From contig OZ219900.1 of NCBI GenBank assembly GCA_964291635.2, positions 6,246-70,245 on the forward strand: a DNA stretch of 64,000 bases. Reading direction: 5' to 3'. A program made the translations under genes and the position numbers. The notes below the pieces were generated by a model that was given only the letters and a program-made list of their open reading frames with translations, was not told the DNA's origin and ran no database searches. Source of the DNA: Paracoccaceae bacterium. GTDB taxonomy: Bacteria; Pseudomonadota; Alphaproteobacteria; Rhodobacterales; Rhodobacteraceae. Every line of letters begins with the position of its first letter. Position 1 is the stretch's first letter. Positions 26,163 through 35,776 of the stretch are shown in pieces.

Positions 26163-27748
26163 GCGATCACCTGCACCGTTTCGTTCGTCCCGGATCCGGC
26201 CTGCGCACCCACGTCGGGGCCGGTGTCCGATTCCGCCTGGTGACGGAACAGGGCCGACAGGACCGTGGCCTCGCTGTGCGCCTCCGGGTCTATTTCCTCG
26301 ACCGTCCGTCCGCGGTCAATCAGGTAGGCCCTGTGCGCGAGGCCAAGGACTTCACTGATTTCGCTCGAGATCACCAGGATGGCCGTTCCGCGCGTGGCCA
26401 GTTCGGCAATGGCCTGGTGGATGCGCTCCCGGGCACCCACGTCGACGCCACGGCTCGGTTCGTCCAGAATGACGAGCCCCGGATTCTCCGCCAGCCACTT
26501 GCTGAACAGGACCTTCTGCTGGTTGCCGCCCGAAAACCGGGAGACATCCCCGTCCGGGTCGGCTGGACGGACGCGAAAATACTCGATCAGTTCCCGTGCC
26601 CGCGACAGCTCCTTCCCCGACCGAACCATTCCAGTGCGGGAAAATCGGGCCAGATGCGGCAGGGTGATGTTTGCCCGGACCCGCATGGCCATGACCAGCC
26701 CCTGCCTGCGCCGGTCTTCCGGGACCATCACCAGGCCCCGTCTCACGGATTCCGCCAGCGTCCGGCGGGAGTAAGGCTGTCCGTTGAGCGTGACATCCCC
26801 GGCTTTTGCCGGGTCGGCGCCAATGATCGCCCGGGCGATCTCGCTGCGGCCGCTGCCAACGAGTCCGATCAAACCGACGATCTCGCCCTTGCCCACGGTA
26901 AGCGACGCCCCCCTGACCCCGGTGTCGTTCCGGAGACAGGACACGTCGAGGACCGTTTCCGACTCGGCTGGCCGGACTTTCTCGGGAAAGAGCGTTTCCG
27001 TCTTGCCCTGCCCCAGCATTGCCGACACCAGGCTGCCCCTGGTTTCTTCCGCCGTCGGGCCGGTTCTCACGTGGACGCCATCCCTGAGAACGGTAACCCG
27101 GTCGGTCACCGCCAGGATATCCTCCAGGTAGTGAGACACATAGATAACAGTCCGGCCCTCGTCCCGGAGCGTCCGCATGGCGTCATGCAACTGGCCGACC
27201 TCGTCCTTGGAGAGGGACGAGGTCGGTTCGTCCATGACGATCACCCTGGCATCACGGGCCAGAGCCCGCAGGATCTCGATCTTCTGCTGATCGGCAATCG
27301 GCAGGTCGGCGACCACGGCTCCCGGGTCGAGCGTGAAACCGCTGCTCTGCATCAGGGTTTCCAGGCGCCCCGCCTCGTCTCTCGCGAGAATGCCCCAACG
27401 TTCGTGCTCGAGACCGAGGAACACGTTTTCGGCCACGGTCATGGCCGGGACCAGTTGCAGCTCCTGGTGCATGATGGCCACGCCATTCGCCAGCGCGGTT
27501 GGCGGGTCCCACCGGGTCACGGGCCGGCCGAAGACGATCAGGCGGCCGGACGTTGCCTGGTAGTATCCGCCAAAGACCTTTCCGAGCGTCGATTTTCCGG
27601 CGCCGTTTTCCCCGATCAACCCATGGATTTCGCCGGGATGGACATCGAGCGTGACGTCTTCGAGAACCGGTACACCGCCGAATGCAACGCCGATTCCCTC
27701 GGCGTGGATGGCGATGGCCTCTTGCCCGACTCCAGGAGTGCCAGTCAG
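26159..27748 (-). CDS. sugar-type ABC transporter ATP-binding protein (two fused ABC domains)
   Basis: It has Walker A GENGAGKST, signature motifs, Walker B and a second ABC half. The track start (TTG 27619) falls 2 codons before Walker A, so it cannot be the real start. The frame stays open upstream and encodes the expected ...AIAIHAEGIGVAFGGVPVLEDVTLDVHPGEIHGL, but with no ATG/GTG/TTG. CTG at 27748 overlaps the hyuB stop (CTGA) and is my best guess. The 5' end is uncertain. Confidence 0.85.
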   Translation of the reverse strand: MTGTPGVGQEAIAIHAEGIGVAFGGVPVLEDVTLDVHPGEIHGLIGENGAGKSTLGKVFGGYYQATSGRLIVFGRPVTRWDPPTALANGVAIMHQELQLVPAMTVAENVFLGLEHERWGILARDEAGRLETLMQSSGFTLDPGAVVADLPIADQQKIEILRALARDARVIVMDEPTSSLSKDEVGQLHDAMRTLRDEGRTVIYVSHYLEDILAVTDRVTVLRDGVHVRTGPTAEETRGSLVSAMLGQGKTETLFPEKVRPAESETVLDVSCLRNDTGVRGASLTVGKGEIVGLIGLVGSGRSEIARAIIGADPAKAGDVTLNGQPYSRRTLAESVRRGLVMVPEDRRRQGLVMAMRVRANITLPHLARFSRTGMVRSGKELSRARELIEYFRVRPADPDGDVSRFSGGNQQKVLFSKWLAENPGLVILDEPSRGVDVGARERIHQAIAELATRGTAILVISSEISEVLGLAHRAYLIDRGRTVEEIDPEAHSEATVLSALFRHQAESDTGPDVGAQAGSGTNETVQVIA

Positions 27749-29451
27749 TGCCGTGGCTCCGATACGCTGTCGTCGACCTGCAATTCGCCGTTGACCCGGA
27801 CGCCGTAATCGTTCCAGGCACCCTCGATCGTCACGAACCCCCGTCGAACGTCCGAAAGCACTTCGTCGAACGGGCGGTTCCCCGGACTGCCGTTGCCGCC
27901 ACCTCCCCCGGTCATTGTTTCGACAACGGTTCCGGCCGGGAATCCCCGCGCGCGCATCTTGAGGACGGATTCAGATGTCCCGTCGGGCTGCCTGATTTCG
28001 ATATGCGGCCCCTTTCCATCGCTCCCGCCGTTCAATCCCCATGCCGGAGTGCGCGATCTCTCGAACCAGAGAGCACAATGACAGTCTTCAAGCAACCTGT
28101 AGCGCCGGATAACCCCGCAGCCGCCGCGATGGCGGCCCGCGCCACCGGAATCGGGGCGAATTGCGAACTCCTCGATCCTGACCGGGAACTTGGTCTCGTA
28201 CACTTCCGCCGGGATATTTCGAAACCCGCCGTTTACAAGGTTGATCAAGGCGTTTTCGCCGTCACCGTCGGCGCGGCCTCCCCACCCGCCGGCGGTCGGT
28301 TCGATCGCGATCCAGTGCCCGCGGCCGGGATCGACCGAAAAGAACGCGGCGACCATGCTGTCACCGTAATGAGCGGCCGTCGACCGTTCCGGCATTGCTT
28401 CCGACATGCAGGAAATGAACAGGTCGGCGAGCAGCCCCAGCCCGGTAAAGTACCACTCGCAGGCCACCGGTTCCTTGGCGTTGAACATGCATTCGTCCGG
28501 AATCCTGACGCTCATGGTTTCGAACGACCCCCCGGTGATCGCGCGGTCAGGATTGATCATCGTCTTGTAGGCCAGGCGCAACAGCGACTCCGTCTGGGTT
28601 GCCCCGCAATTGACCGAACCCGGAACCGGTCCGGACGATCCGTCGAGGTCGACAGTCAGGGAATCTCCCTTGATCGTCAATGCCAGGGCGACCTTGACCG
28701 GTTCGTTTCCGATGCCGTCATCGTCAAGATATCCCTCCCGCGACCAGTGACCGTCGGGAATTGCCCGGATCGCCTCGCGGTCGAGCACGCGTGCCTGTTC
28801 GAAAATGTCCTGGCAGCTCGCCCGGTAGGTTTCCGCGCCGATCCGGTCGAGCAGTTGGCCAAGCCGCCGTTCGCCGGTCCGAATCGCGGCGATCTGCGCA
28901 CCAAGATCGCCGATCGATGCATCCGGCAGACGCGTGTTCAGCCGGAGATGGTCGTACCATTCGCGAATCGGCCGGCCTTTCGAGACGATTCGCGTCGGCC
29001 CCAGCCGCAATCCTTCCTGGTAAATGCTGGTCGATTCCATCGTCGAACCGGGATCGATGGCGCCGATGTCGTTCCAGTGGGCCCGCGCCGCGCCGAAACC
29101 GATCAGTGACCCGTCATGAAAAATGGGACCGACCGCGGTTATGTCATGAAGGTGCGTACCCTGCATGTAGCTGTCGTTCATGATGAATACATCACCTTCG
29201 CCAATATCGTCGCCGTAGTAGTCCCTGACGTGATGGACACAGGCGTCGATCGCACCGATGAACAGGGGAACCCCGGTCGATTGGCCAAGCATGTTTCCAT
29301 GCTCGTCGAGCAAGGCCACCGCGCTGTCCTTGCCTTCGTAGATCACTGCCGAGTGCGCGGAGCGCCAAAGAGATGCATTCATGTCTTCGGCGCACGAGAT
29401 GACGAAATTGCGTACGACCTCGGTGGTGATTGGGTCGGCAGTCCCCGTCAT
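27745..29451 (-). CDS. hyuB: hydantoinase B / oxoprolinase family protein
   Basis: MTGTADPITTEVVRNFVISCAEDMNASLWRSAHSAVIYEGKDSAVALLD... is the classic HyuB N-terminus. ATG 29451 overlaps the hyuA stop (ATGA). The track ORF extends to 29511. Confidence 0.9.
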   Translation of the reverse strand: MTGTADPITTEVVRNFVISCAEDMNASLWRSAHSAVIYEGKDSAVALLDEHGNMLGQSTGVPLFIGAIDACVHHVRDYYGDDIGEGDVFIMNDSYMQGTHLHDITAVGPIFHDGSLIGFGAARAHWNDIGAIDPGSTMESTSIYQEGLRLGPTRIVSKGRPIREWYDHLRLNTRLPDASIGDLGAQIAAIRTGERRLGQLLDRIGAETYRASCQDIFEQARVLDREAIRAIPDGHWSREGYLDDDGIGNEPVKVALALTIKGDSLTVDLDGSSGPVPGSVNCGATQTESLLRLAYKTMINPDRAITGGSFETMSVRIPDECMFNAKEPVACEWYFTGLGLLADLFISCMSEAMPERSTAAHYGDSMVAAFFSVDPGRGHWIAIEPTAGGWGGRADGDGENALINLVNGGFRNIPAEVYETKFPVRIEEFAIRPDSGGAGRHRGGCGVIRRYRLLEDCHCALWFERSRTPAWGLNGGSDGKGPHIEIRQPDGTSESVLKMRARGFPAGTVVETMTGGGGGNGSPGNRPFDEVLSDVRRGFVTIEGAWNDYGVRVNGELQVDDSVSEPRH

Positions 29452-31478
29452 TCCGGATTCTCCATGCGTCCCAGCGACAAGTGCCCGCCCGCGATCACCT
29501 TCACTTGCCAACCGGGAGGTACGAGCGTGGTCGCCGTGTCTTCCTCGATGATTGCCGGCCCCTGGACAACCTTTGCGGAGTCAAGCGAATTCCTGTCGAG
29601 AATGCCGGTCGTATGCACCTTGCCCCGGAACCTGACATCCCGTTTCCCGGGCCGGCGGGCTTTCGCAGGCGCCGGCGGTGCGCTCGCAGGTCGAGGCAGC
29701 CTGCCAAGGGCGACAACGCGAATGTTGGCCATTTCAACACGGTTCTCCGGACTCGAGTGGCCATATTGCCGTTCATAGGCGACATCGAAAGACCGGCGAA
29801 CGGCATCCATGTCGATGAAACCGCCGGGAACCGGGATTGTCAGGACGTATTCCTGTCCGAAGTAGCGGAAGTCGATTCCTCTTTCGAAGGAGATGTCATC
29901 ATCGCCGATTCCTTCCGTCTCCAGGAACGAACGCCCTTCCTCCTCCAGCGCGCAATAGGCCTGTTCCAGCGTCTCCCGGTCGGTCTGATCCCAGAAACCG
30001 TAGAGCGTTTCCTTGAAATCGTGACGGACATCGGTTTGCAGCATGCCCCATGCCGAAAACGCGCCGGGGTGTACGGGAATGATGACTTCGCCGATTCCCA
30101 GTTCATCCGCCAGTGCCGCCGCCTGAGCCGGGCCCGCGCCACCATAGGCCACGAGGGAAAAGTCACGCGGGTCGATGCCGCGCTGCACCGTAATCGTGCG
30201 GATTGCGTCCGCCATCTTGGCGTTGATGATGTCGACGACACCCTCCGCCAACGCCTCGGCCGCCAAGCCGAAACCGGAGCCGAGTCGTTCTAGCGCCGCC
30301 GCGGAAGCTTCCCGATCGAGTATCATCTTGCCTGCGGAAAAGTTGGCATCGTCGAGTCGGCCAAGTAGGAGATTGGCATCCGACACGGTCGCTTCGATGC
30401 CCCCAAGACCATAACATGCCGGACCCGGATTGGCCCCCGCAGACCCGGGACCGACGCGAACCGCGCCGGCTTCCTGCCAGGCTATCGATCCTCCGCCTGC
30501 GCCAATGACATGGATGTCCACGACCGACATTTGGACCGGGAGGCCCTCGAACCTCGTCTCGTTCGACCGCGACGGTTGTCCGTCGATGATCAGGCTGGCA
30601 TCGAAGGACGTTCCGCCCATGTCGATGCAAATCAGGTTGCCGCGGTCGGTGGCAGCCGAAAGCGCCTGTCCGCCGATTGCCCCTCCCACCGGTCCGGAAA
30701 GCAGCGTCTGCAACGGCGATTCGCTTGCCGTCCCCGCGGTCATCACGCCGCCGTTCGACTCCATGACATATAGGGATCGTCCTGCCGGCAACCGGTGTTC
30801 GAGCTTGCTGACCAGCGTCTCAAGGTAACCGCGCACCACGGGAGCGAGGTAACTGTCCATCACGGTTGTCGACATGCGGTCGAATTCCCGCCATTCGGGA
30901 GAAACCCGGTGCGACATGGCGACCGCGACGCCGGGAAGCCGTTCCGAAATGTACCGCGCGGCCATACGTTCGTGTTCCGGGTTCCTGAACGAAAACAGGA
31001 ATGCAATTGCGATCGCCTCGTAGCGGTTTTCGCGCGCCGCATCGACCAGGCGGTCGAGGTCGGACACGCGGAGGGGTTCGACGACCTCGCCGGTCGCCGA
31101 GATTCGCTCCCCTGCAGTGTATGTGTGTTCAAGCGAAACAAGCGGTGCCGGCTTGTTCCAGCGGATCGAGAATATCTCGCCCCTGTCGTTCCCCTGTATC
31201 GTGTAGACGTCCTTGAAATTCCTCGTCGTCAGCAGCGCGACCTTCGCACCCCGGCGGGTGAGGAGGGCGTTCAGCCCGACGGTCGTTCCGTGGACGAAAA
31301 GATCGAATTCCGAATCATCCGGAATCGCAGCGCCGATACCTTCGAGGACGGCAAGCGCGGGGTTTTCCGGCGTCGACAGTACCTTGAAGGCGCTGCATTC
31401 GCCCGTGACGCTGTCCTGCCTGACGATATCCGTGAACGTGCCGCCAATGTCGGCGGCAACGCGGTAGCGCACACCCAT
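29448..31478 (-). CDS. hyuA: hydantoinase A / oxoprolinase family protein
   Basis: MGVRYRVAADIGGTFTDIV..., ICIDMGGTSFD and GGAGPAQA motifs. The track ORF starts 10 codons earlier at 31508. Confidence 0.9.
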   Translation of the reverse strand: MGVRYRVAADIGGTFTDIVRQDSVTGECSAFKVLSTPENPALAVLEGIGAAIPDDSEFDLFVHGTTVGLNALLTRRGAKVALLTTRNFKDVYTIQGNDRGEIFSIRWNKPAPLVSLEHTYTAGERISATGEVVEPLRVSDLDRLVDAARENRYEAIAIAFLFSFRNPEHERMAARYISERLPGVAVAMSHRVSPEWREFDRMSTTVMDSYLAPVVRGYLETLVSKLEHRLPAGRSLYVMESNGGVMTAGTASESPLQTLLSGPVGGAIGGQALSAATDRGNLICIDMGGTSFDASLIIDGQPSRSNETRFEGLPVQMSVVDIHVIGAGGGSIAWQEAGAVRVGPGSAGANPGPACYGLGGIEATVSDANLLLGRLDDANFSAGKMILDREASAAALERLGSGFGLAAEALAEGVVDIINAKMADAIRTITVQRGIDPRDFSLVAYGGAGPAQAAALADELGIGEVIIPVHPGAFSAWGMLQTDVRHDFKETLYGFWDQTDRETLEQAYCALEEEGRSFLETEGIGDDDISFERGIDFRYFGQEYVLTIPVPGGFIDMDAVRRSFDVAYERQYGHSSPENRVEMANIRVVALGRLPRPASAPPAPAKARRPGKRDVRFRGKVHTTGILDRNSLDSAKVVQGPAIIEEDTATTLVPPGWQVKVIAGGHLSLGRMENPE

Positions 31479-31566
31479 CGTGCCTCCCTGAAAAAGAGGC
31501 CCGGCCATGCGTCACGGGCACGGCCGGGTCGGAAAATGTCGGATCATCGTTGTCGATCGGGGCGCC

Positions 31567-32571
31567 CTACTGTTCCCACTCGCCCTTGAAATCCGGGTTG
31601 GCGTCAAGCACGGCCTTGTCGATCATGGCCTGGACCGGACCCGCTTCATCCATGTTGATGACCGCGTTGACCGGCTTTCCTTCGATCGCATTGGCGATTT
31701 GCTCCATCGCCATCGCGCCCATCGTCTTCGGGAAATACGCAAGCGTCGCATCCCAACGCCCTTCCCGGATCGCATCGATCGCTATGGCGGCCGCACCACC
31801 GCCGGACATGTAGAGATCAGGCACGTTGTAACCGGCAGCCTCGAGCGCGATCTCCGCACCTGCCAGATGCTGGTCCGCATTTGACAGGACAACATGAACA
31901 TCCGAGTTTGCCTGCAGGATGTCGGTCATCGCCGTCAGGGATGTCTCCGGCGAATACCATCCTTCTCCGACAGCCAGAACCTTGATATTGTCGTGCTTTG
32001 CGAGCACGGCCTGAAATGTCTCCAGCCGCAGGTTGTCGAATGGAAAGATCTTCGCTCCGATGATGATGACAACGTTGCACGGGTCTTTTCCCGAGCAGTG
32101 ATCAACGACGGACTCGGCCTGAAACGTGGCACCGTCGACCGGCGGCGACGCGACCGTCGCCGTGATTCCCTCGACCTGCGGCTCGAGGGTCGTCAGGTCG
32201 GGGCCCACCGGGAACAGCACCGTTGCTACCGGTATTCCGGCCGCGATGACCTGTTCGAATGCGCCGGCAATGCCGACCGTGTCGTTGGGCAGGATGATGA
32301 ATCCTTCGTAGTTGCCACTGACCAGGACATCCTCGATCTGGCTGTACTGGTGAGCCGCATCGAATTTTCCATCAAAAATCGCTGACTCGTATCCCAGTTC
32401 GGCAGCCTTTTCCTCGACGCCCTCGTAAGTCGCCTGATTGAACCCGTTTTGGGAACTTGCCGCAAAAAAGGCGATTTTCGCTGTCTGCGCGTGAACAGCC
32501 GACGACAGTCCGAAGGCGAGAGCCAGGCCGAACCCCGTGGCCAGCACGTGCTTGTATCGTGAAAGTACCAT
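31567..32571 (-). CDS. ABC transporter periplasmic sugar-binding protein (RbsB-like)
   Basis: 334 aa with a signal peptide (MVLSRYKHVLATGFGLALAFGLSSAVHAQ) and a periplasmic-binding-protein type I pattern. It is the first gene of the SBP-hyuA-hyuB-ATPase-permease operon. Confidence 0.85.
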   Translation of the reverse strand: MVLSRYKHVLATGFGLALAFGLSSAVHAQTAKIAFFAASSQNGFNQATYEGVEEKAAELGYESAIFDGKFDAAHQYSQIEDVLVSGNYEGFIILPNDTVGIAGAFEQVIAAGIPVATVLFPVGPDLTTLEPQVEGITATVASPPVDGATFQAESVVDHCSGKDPCNVVIIIGAKIFPFDNLRLETFQAVLAKHDNIKVLAVGEGWYSPETSLTAMTDILQANSDVHVVLSNADQHLAGAEIALEAAGYNVPDLYMSGGGAAAIAIDAIREGRWDATLAYFPKTMGAMAMEQIANAIEGKPVNAVINMDEAGPVQAMIDKAVLDANPDFKGEWEQ

Positions 32572-32617
32572 TCCCTGTTACCCCTTTGGCTTGAAGTGAC
32601 CCACTTGGCCAACTATA

Positions 32618-32637
32618 ATTATGCAAACATTATGCAA
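32618..32637. promoter_or_regulatory. AT-rich direct repeat ATTATGCAA x2, spaced 11 bp, in the divergent SBP/GntR intergenic region
   Basis: Copies at 32618-32626 and 32629-32637. The segment is unusually AT-rich for this DNA. It is a candidate promoter or operator. Confidence 0.3.
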
Positions 32638-32773
32638 TCAGCACCATTCGATGCAAGTGCGAATTCCGTTCCCGCACAAACGAATTGGAGAAGGACTTGG
32701 CGCGAACCCGGCTAGCGACAACCGAATCGAGCCGACAACCGAATCGTCAGCTTCGAAAAGCAGGCGCGGGGCA

Positions 32774-33535
32774 TTGCAGGTTCACGAGTCGCTCCGCGAG
32801 GACATCCTGTGGTTAAGGATAGAGCCCGGATCCGCCCTGGATGAAGTTGCACTTGCCGAGCGGTTCGAGGTGTCGCGTACCCCGATTCGGGAAGCATTGC
32901 TCCTTTTGTCCGGGGAGGGACTGGTCAAGTTCCTTCCCAATCGGACCACGATTGTTGCCCCGATGTTGATGGACAACGCCGGTGACTACCACGATACCCT
33001 CCTGATCCTGGCACGGTCCGCCGCACGCACGGCTGCCATGGGCGGACGCGCCGACGGCGATTTGCTCTTTTCCCATATCGATCGCTCCCGGGCCGCCGTT
33101 CGGGCCGGCGACATGGAGAGCATCCTGAGGGCCGACCATGCCTTCCTGCGACACCTGGCCGCATTGTCGGGCAACATTTTTCTGGAAAGGTTCATCGACC
33201 AGATCCTCGATGCCGGCGTCAGGATGTACGTCCTGCATTACTTCCGTAATGCCGCGCCCGACGAACTGCATCAGTCAGTCGAACAGATGGCCGAACTCTC
33301 CTACGCCATTCTTGACGGTGACCCTGATCGCAGCGATCAGCGTATTTCGGAAATGATCCAGGCTGGCATCGCGATCATCATGCGGTCGCTCGCACCACGT
33401 GTCGGCCAAGACATGGAATTGACTTCATCCCACGTCGCGAGACCGCACGCGTCGAACCGGAACGGGTTCCGGCGTCGCCTGACGCGGTCACCGACGGACC
33501 AGGCCACTGAACCGCCGTTCCAGGCAGAAGGATAG
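32774..33535 (+). CDS. GntR-family transcriptional regulator (FadR/FCD subfamily)
   Basis: wHTH LDEVALAERFEVSRTPIREALLLLSGEGLV plus a helical FCD-like C-terminus. The track ORF opens at ATG 32621, inside the AT-rich repeats. In-frame TTG 32774 (MQVHESLREDIL...) gives a family-typical length of about 253 aa. The start is uncertain. Confidence 0.8.
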   Translation: MQVHESLREDILWLRIEPGSALDEVALAERFEVSRTPIREALLLLSGEGLVKFLPNRTTIVAPMLMDNAGDYHDTLLILARSAARTAAMGGRADGDLLFSHIDRSRAAVRAGDMESILRADHAFLRHLAALSGNIFLERFIDQILDAGVRMYVLHYFRNAAPDELHQSVEQMAELSYAILDGDPDRSDQRISEMIQAGIAIIMRSLAPRVGQDMELTSSHVARPHASNRNGFRRRLTRSPTDQATEPPFQAEG

Positions 33536-33541
33536 AGACAC

Positions 33542-34648
33542 ATGACGCAGGATTTCCATGCTGACCGACGCCAGAGGGCCGCTGACCTGATCGCCGAGGC
33601 GGGCATGGACGTCCTCGCGATCGTCCCGGGCCCAAACTTCTCCTACCTGACGGGGCTGCACTTCCATCTCATGGAAAGGCCGACCGTTCTCTTCATTTCC
33701 AAGACTGGCGAGATTGCCGCCATCATGCCTGCGCTCGAAGTCCTGAAATGGTCGCGCAGCTTTCCGGATGCCGAGACGTTCTACTGGCAGGACAGTGACG
33801 GATTCGAAGACGCATTTGCTGCCGCCGGTGCCGCTCTCGGCCAGGTTTCGGTGGGGGTAGAGGGCGGCCGCATGCGCATGTTCGAATACGACGCGCTCTG
33901 CCGCCACATGACGGCGGGAACAATCGTCAATGCGGATTCCGTCCTCGTGCAACTGCGCATCGCCAAGGACGACAACGAAATCGCCGCGATCGAGCGGGCG
34001 ATATCGATCAGTGAACTGGCCCTGGAAGAGACACTCGAAGATGTTCGTGCCGGCGTCACGGAAAGGCAGGTCCAGGCCAGGCTGAAAAGCCGGATGCTCT
34101 CCCACGGCGCCGAAGGATTCGCGTTCGAGCCGATCGCGCTTGCCGGCGGCAATGCGGCAAATCCCCATGGCGTTCCCGGCTCGACCGAGCTCGGGCCGGG
34201 GGATGTCCTGCTCATCGACTTCGGCGCACGGGCGGCAGGCTACAATGCAGACATCACCCGCACCTTTTTCGTCGGGCACGCGACCGACGAACACGGGGCG
34301 ATCTACGAGACCGTCCTGTCGGCGAATGAAAGGGGTCGCGCGATCGCGAGACCACGAATGACCTGCCACGATCTTGACTTCGAAGTGACCGCGGTCTTGC
34401 GCGACTCACCTTTCGAGGATCTAATTGTTCACAAGACCGGCCACGGGCTTGGTCTCGATGGTCACGAGGCCCCACAGGTGATGATCGGTAACGATCAACC
34501 CCTGGTTTCGGGTGCAGTCATCACGATCGAGCCCGGACTGTATCGTGCGGACGACATTGGCGTCCGGATTGAAGACGACGTCCTGATCACCGGACAAGGA
34601 TCCCGATCACTGACCGGTTTTGATCGAAGCTTGCGGGTCCTCGGGTGA
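33542..34648 (+). CDS. M24 family metallopeptidase (Xaa-Pro peptidase / creatinase-like fold)
   Basis: 368 aa with a creatinase/prolidase N-domain followed by DFGARAAGYNADITRT, HKTGHGLGLDGHE, VITIEPGLY and VRIEDDV (metal ligands). Confidence 0.85.
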   Translation: MTQDFHADRRQRAADLIAEAGMDVLAIVPGPNFSYLTGLHFHLMERPTVLFISKTGEIAAIMPALEVLKWSRSFPDAETFYWQDSDGFEDAFAAAGAALGQVSVGVEGGRMRMFEYDALCRHMTAGTIVNADSVLVQLRIAKDDNEIAAIERAISISELALEETLEDVRAGVTERQVQARLKSRMLSHGAEGFAFEPIALAGGNAANPHGVPGSTELGPGDVLLIDFGARAAGYNADITRTFFVGHATDEHGAIYETVLSANERGRAIARPRMTCHDLDFEVTAVLRDSPFEDLIVHKTGHGLGLDGHEAPQVMIGNDQPLVSGAVITIEPGLYRADDIGVRIEDDVLITGQGSRSLTGFDRSLRVLG

Positions 34649-35533
34649 TTTGACGACCACGCCGCGTCCGATGCGGCCCCCGGCGCAATGGGACCGAGCC
34701 AGGGCGAACAGCCCGAATCAGCGAAGGCCCGGTCGGCACCTCGGTTTGCGCCACCCCACGTTGCGGCGTCTTCGAGCGACGGGTTATCGACCAGGGCGAA
34801 CGCCCCCATTCCGCCATAGATCGCAACATCGGATCCATTCGGCCAGTTGCTTTCCGGTGACAATGCGAACGCAGCGAATTGCGCGATTTCCGCCGGTATC
34901 CCGGCGCGTCATACGTTTCGGGCCACTCCGTCGCAGGAGGCGCGTCTGAAATCGCCAAGAATGCCAGTGGCTACCGTCCCCGGACTCAATTTATTAGCCC
35001 TCAGGCCCCTCCTGATCAGGAACTCGGCAATTGCGGCACTCCGGAGATTCATGGCGTCTTTCGAAAGATTGTCGGCACGGACCGGGTCCGACCCCTCATC
35101 GGGTAAAAACCGCTCGAGAAGGTCCCGTGAATTCGCTGCCATGAATCTGCGTATCTGCTCGAGATTGTCCTTCCGGCCATGGCCGGCGCGGCTGGCGATG
35201 TTGACGATCGAGGCACCCGGTTTCAGGCAGGGCAGGATTTCTCCCGTAAACTTCCGAGCCCCGACGAAATTCACCTGCAGGATCACGGATTCAGGTCCCG
35301 GGCGGGCGGAACACCCGCGTTGTTGCACCGCCCGCCAAGCCGGAAATCCAGTGATCGCGCGGCGTTGCGAACTGCCCCTTCATCGCTCAGGTCCAGGAAA
35401 ACGAACTAATCGACGTTTCCTCGGGGTCCCGGAGGTCGAAGCCGATGACCTCGTCGCCCCGGGTTTTCAGGAGTCGCGCGCGTTCCGACCCGACGCCGCC
35501 CGCGCAGCCGGTAACCGCAAATGTCGCAAGCAT
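34495..35533 (-). pseudogene. decayed short-chain dehydrogenase (3-alpha-hydroxysteroid dehydrogenase/carbonyl reductase-like)
   Basis: The N-terminus MLATFAVTGCAGGVGSERARLLKTRGDEVIGFDLRDPEE (from ATG 35533) stops at 35387. The next segment, FLDLSDEGAVRNAARSL...NNAGV, is in a second frame. VILQVNFVGARKF...IVNIASRAGHG is in a third frame and ends at an in-frame TGA (34909-34911). The same frame then continues ...RAGIPAEIAQFAAFALSPESNWPNGSDVAIYGGMGA. That makes at least 2 frameshifts plus 1 premature stop. Confidence 0.6.
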
Positions 35534-35776
35534 TGGTCTGACCTCCGGAGCTTCGGGAATTTACGCCTGGCTCACGCAAAGCTGCCCGAATCAGAAGCGG
35601 TTTCGTTCCGATGTTGCGAAGCGTGACCCCTTCGCCCCGTTTCGTGTTCGACCATGTTTCCGCAAGGAAGGTATTGACGGGAAGGACTCGGGCTGCGCAA
35701 AGGTCGACTCCCCTTGTCAATCGGAATACGTATCGCCGGGGATCCGGCCGCATGTTCGCCCAGAGTCGAGATCATC

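Noticed and set aside
24906-27808. Very long plus-strand ORFs (24906-26243, 445 aa; 26240-27808, 522 aa). Similar ones occur elsewhere, for example 4832-6058, 6515-7531, 8489-9418, 9593-10549, 21976-22899 (minus), 23250-24173 (minus), 44530-45549 (minus), 46099-47004 (minus), 51975-53009 (minus) and 16755-17396.
   Set aside because: Each lies antisense to, or out of frame with, a gene that has clear family motifs. Their translations are Arg/Pro/Gly-rich and low in complexity, with no recognisable domains. They are classic shadow ORFs of high-GC DNA.
34909-34911. In-frame TGA codons in the SDR relic (34909-34911) and in tnpB (40364-40366, at a conserved Trp position), considered as possible UGA recoding (Trp or selenocysteine).
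   Set aside because: Many intact genes in the window terminate at TGA at the expected protein ends (hyuB, hyuA, iolB, the DUF3018 antitoxin and others). Both affected genes also carry frameshifts. I see no SECIS-like context. Simple nonsense mutations are the economical explanation.
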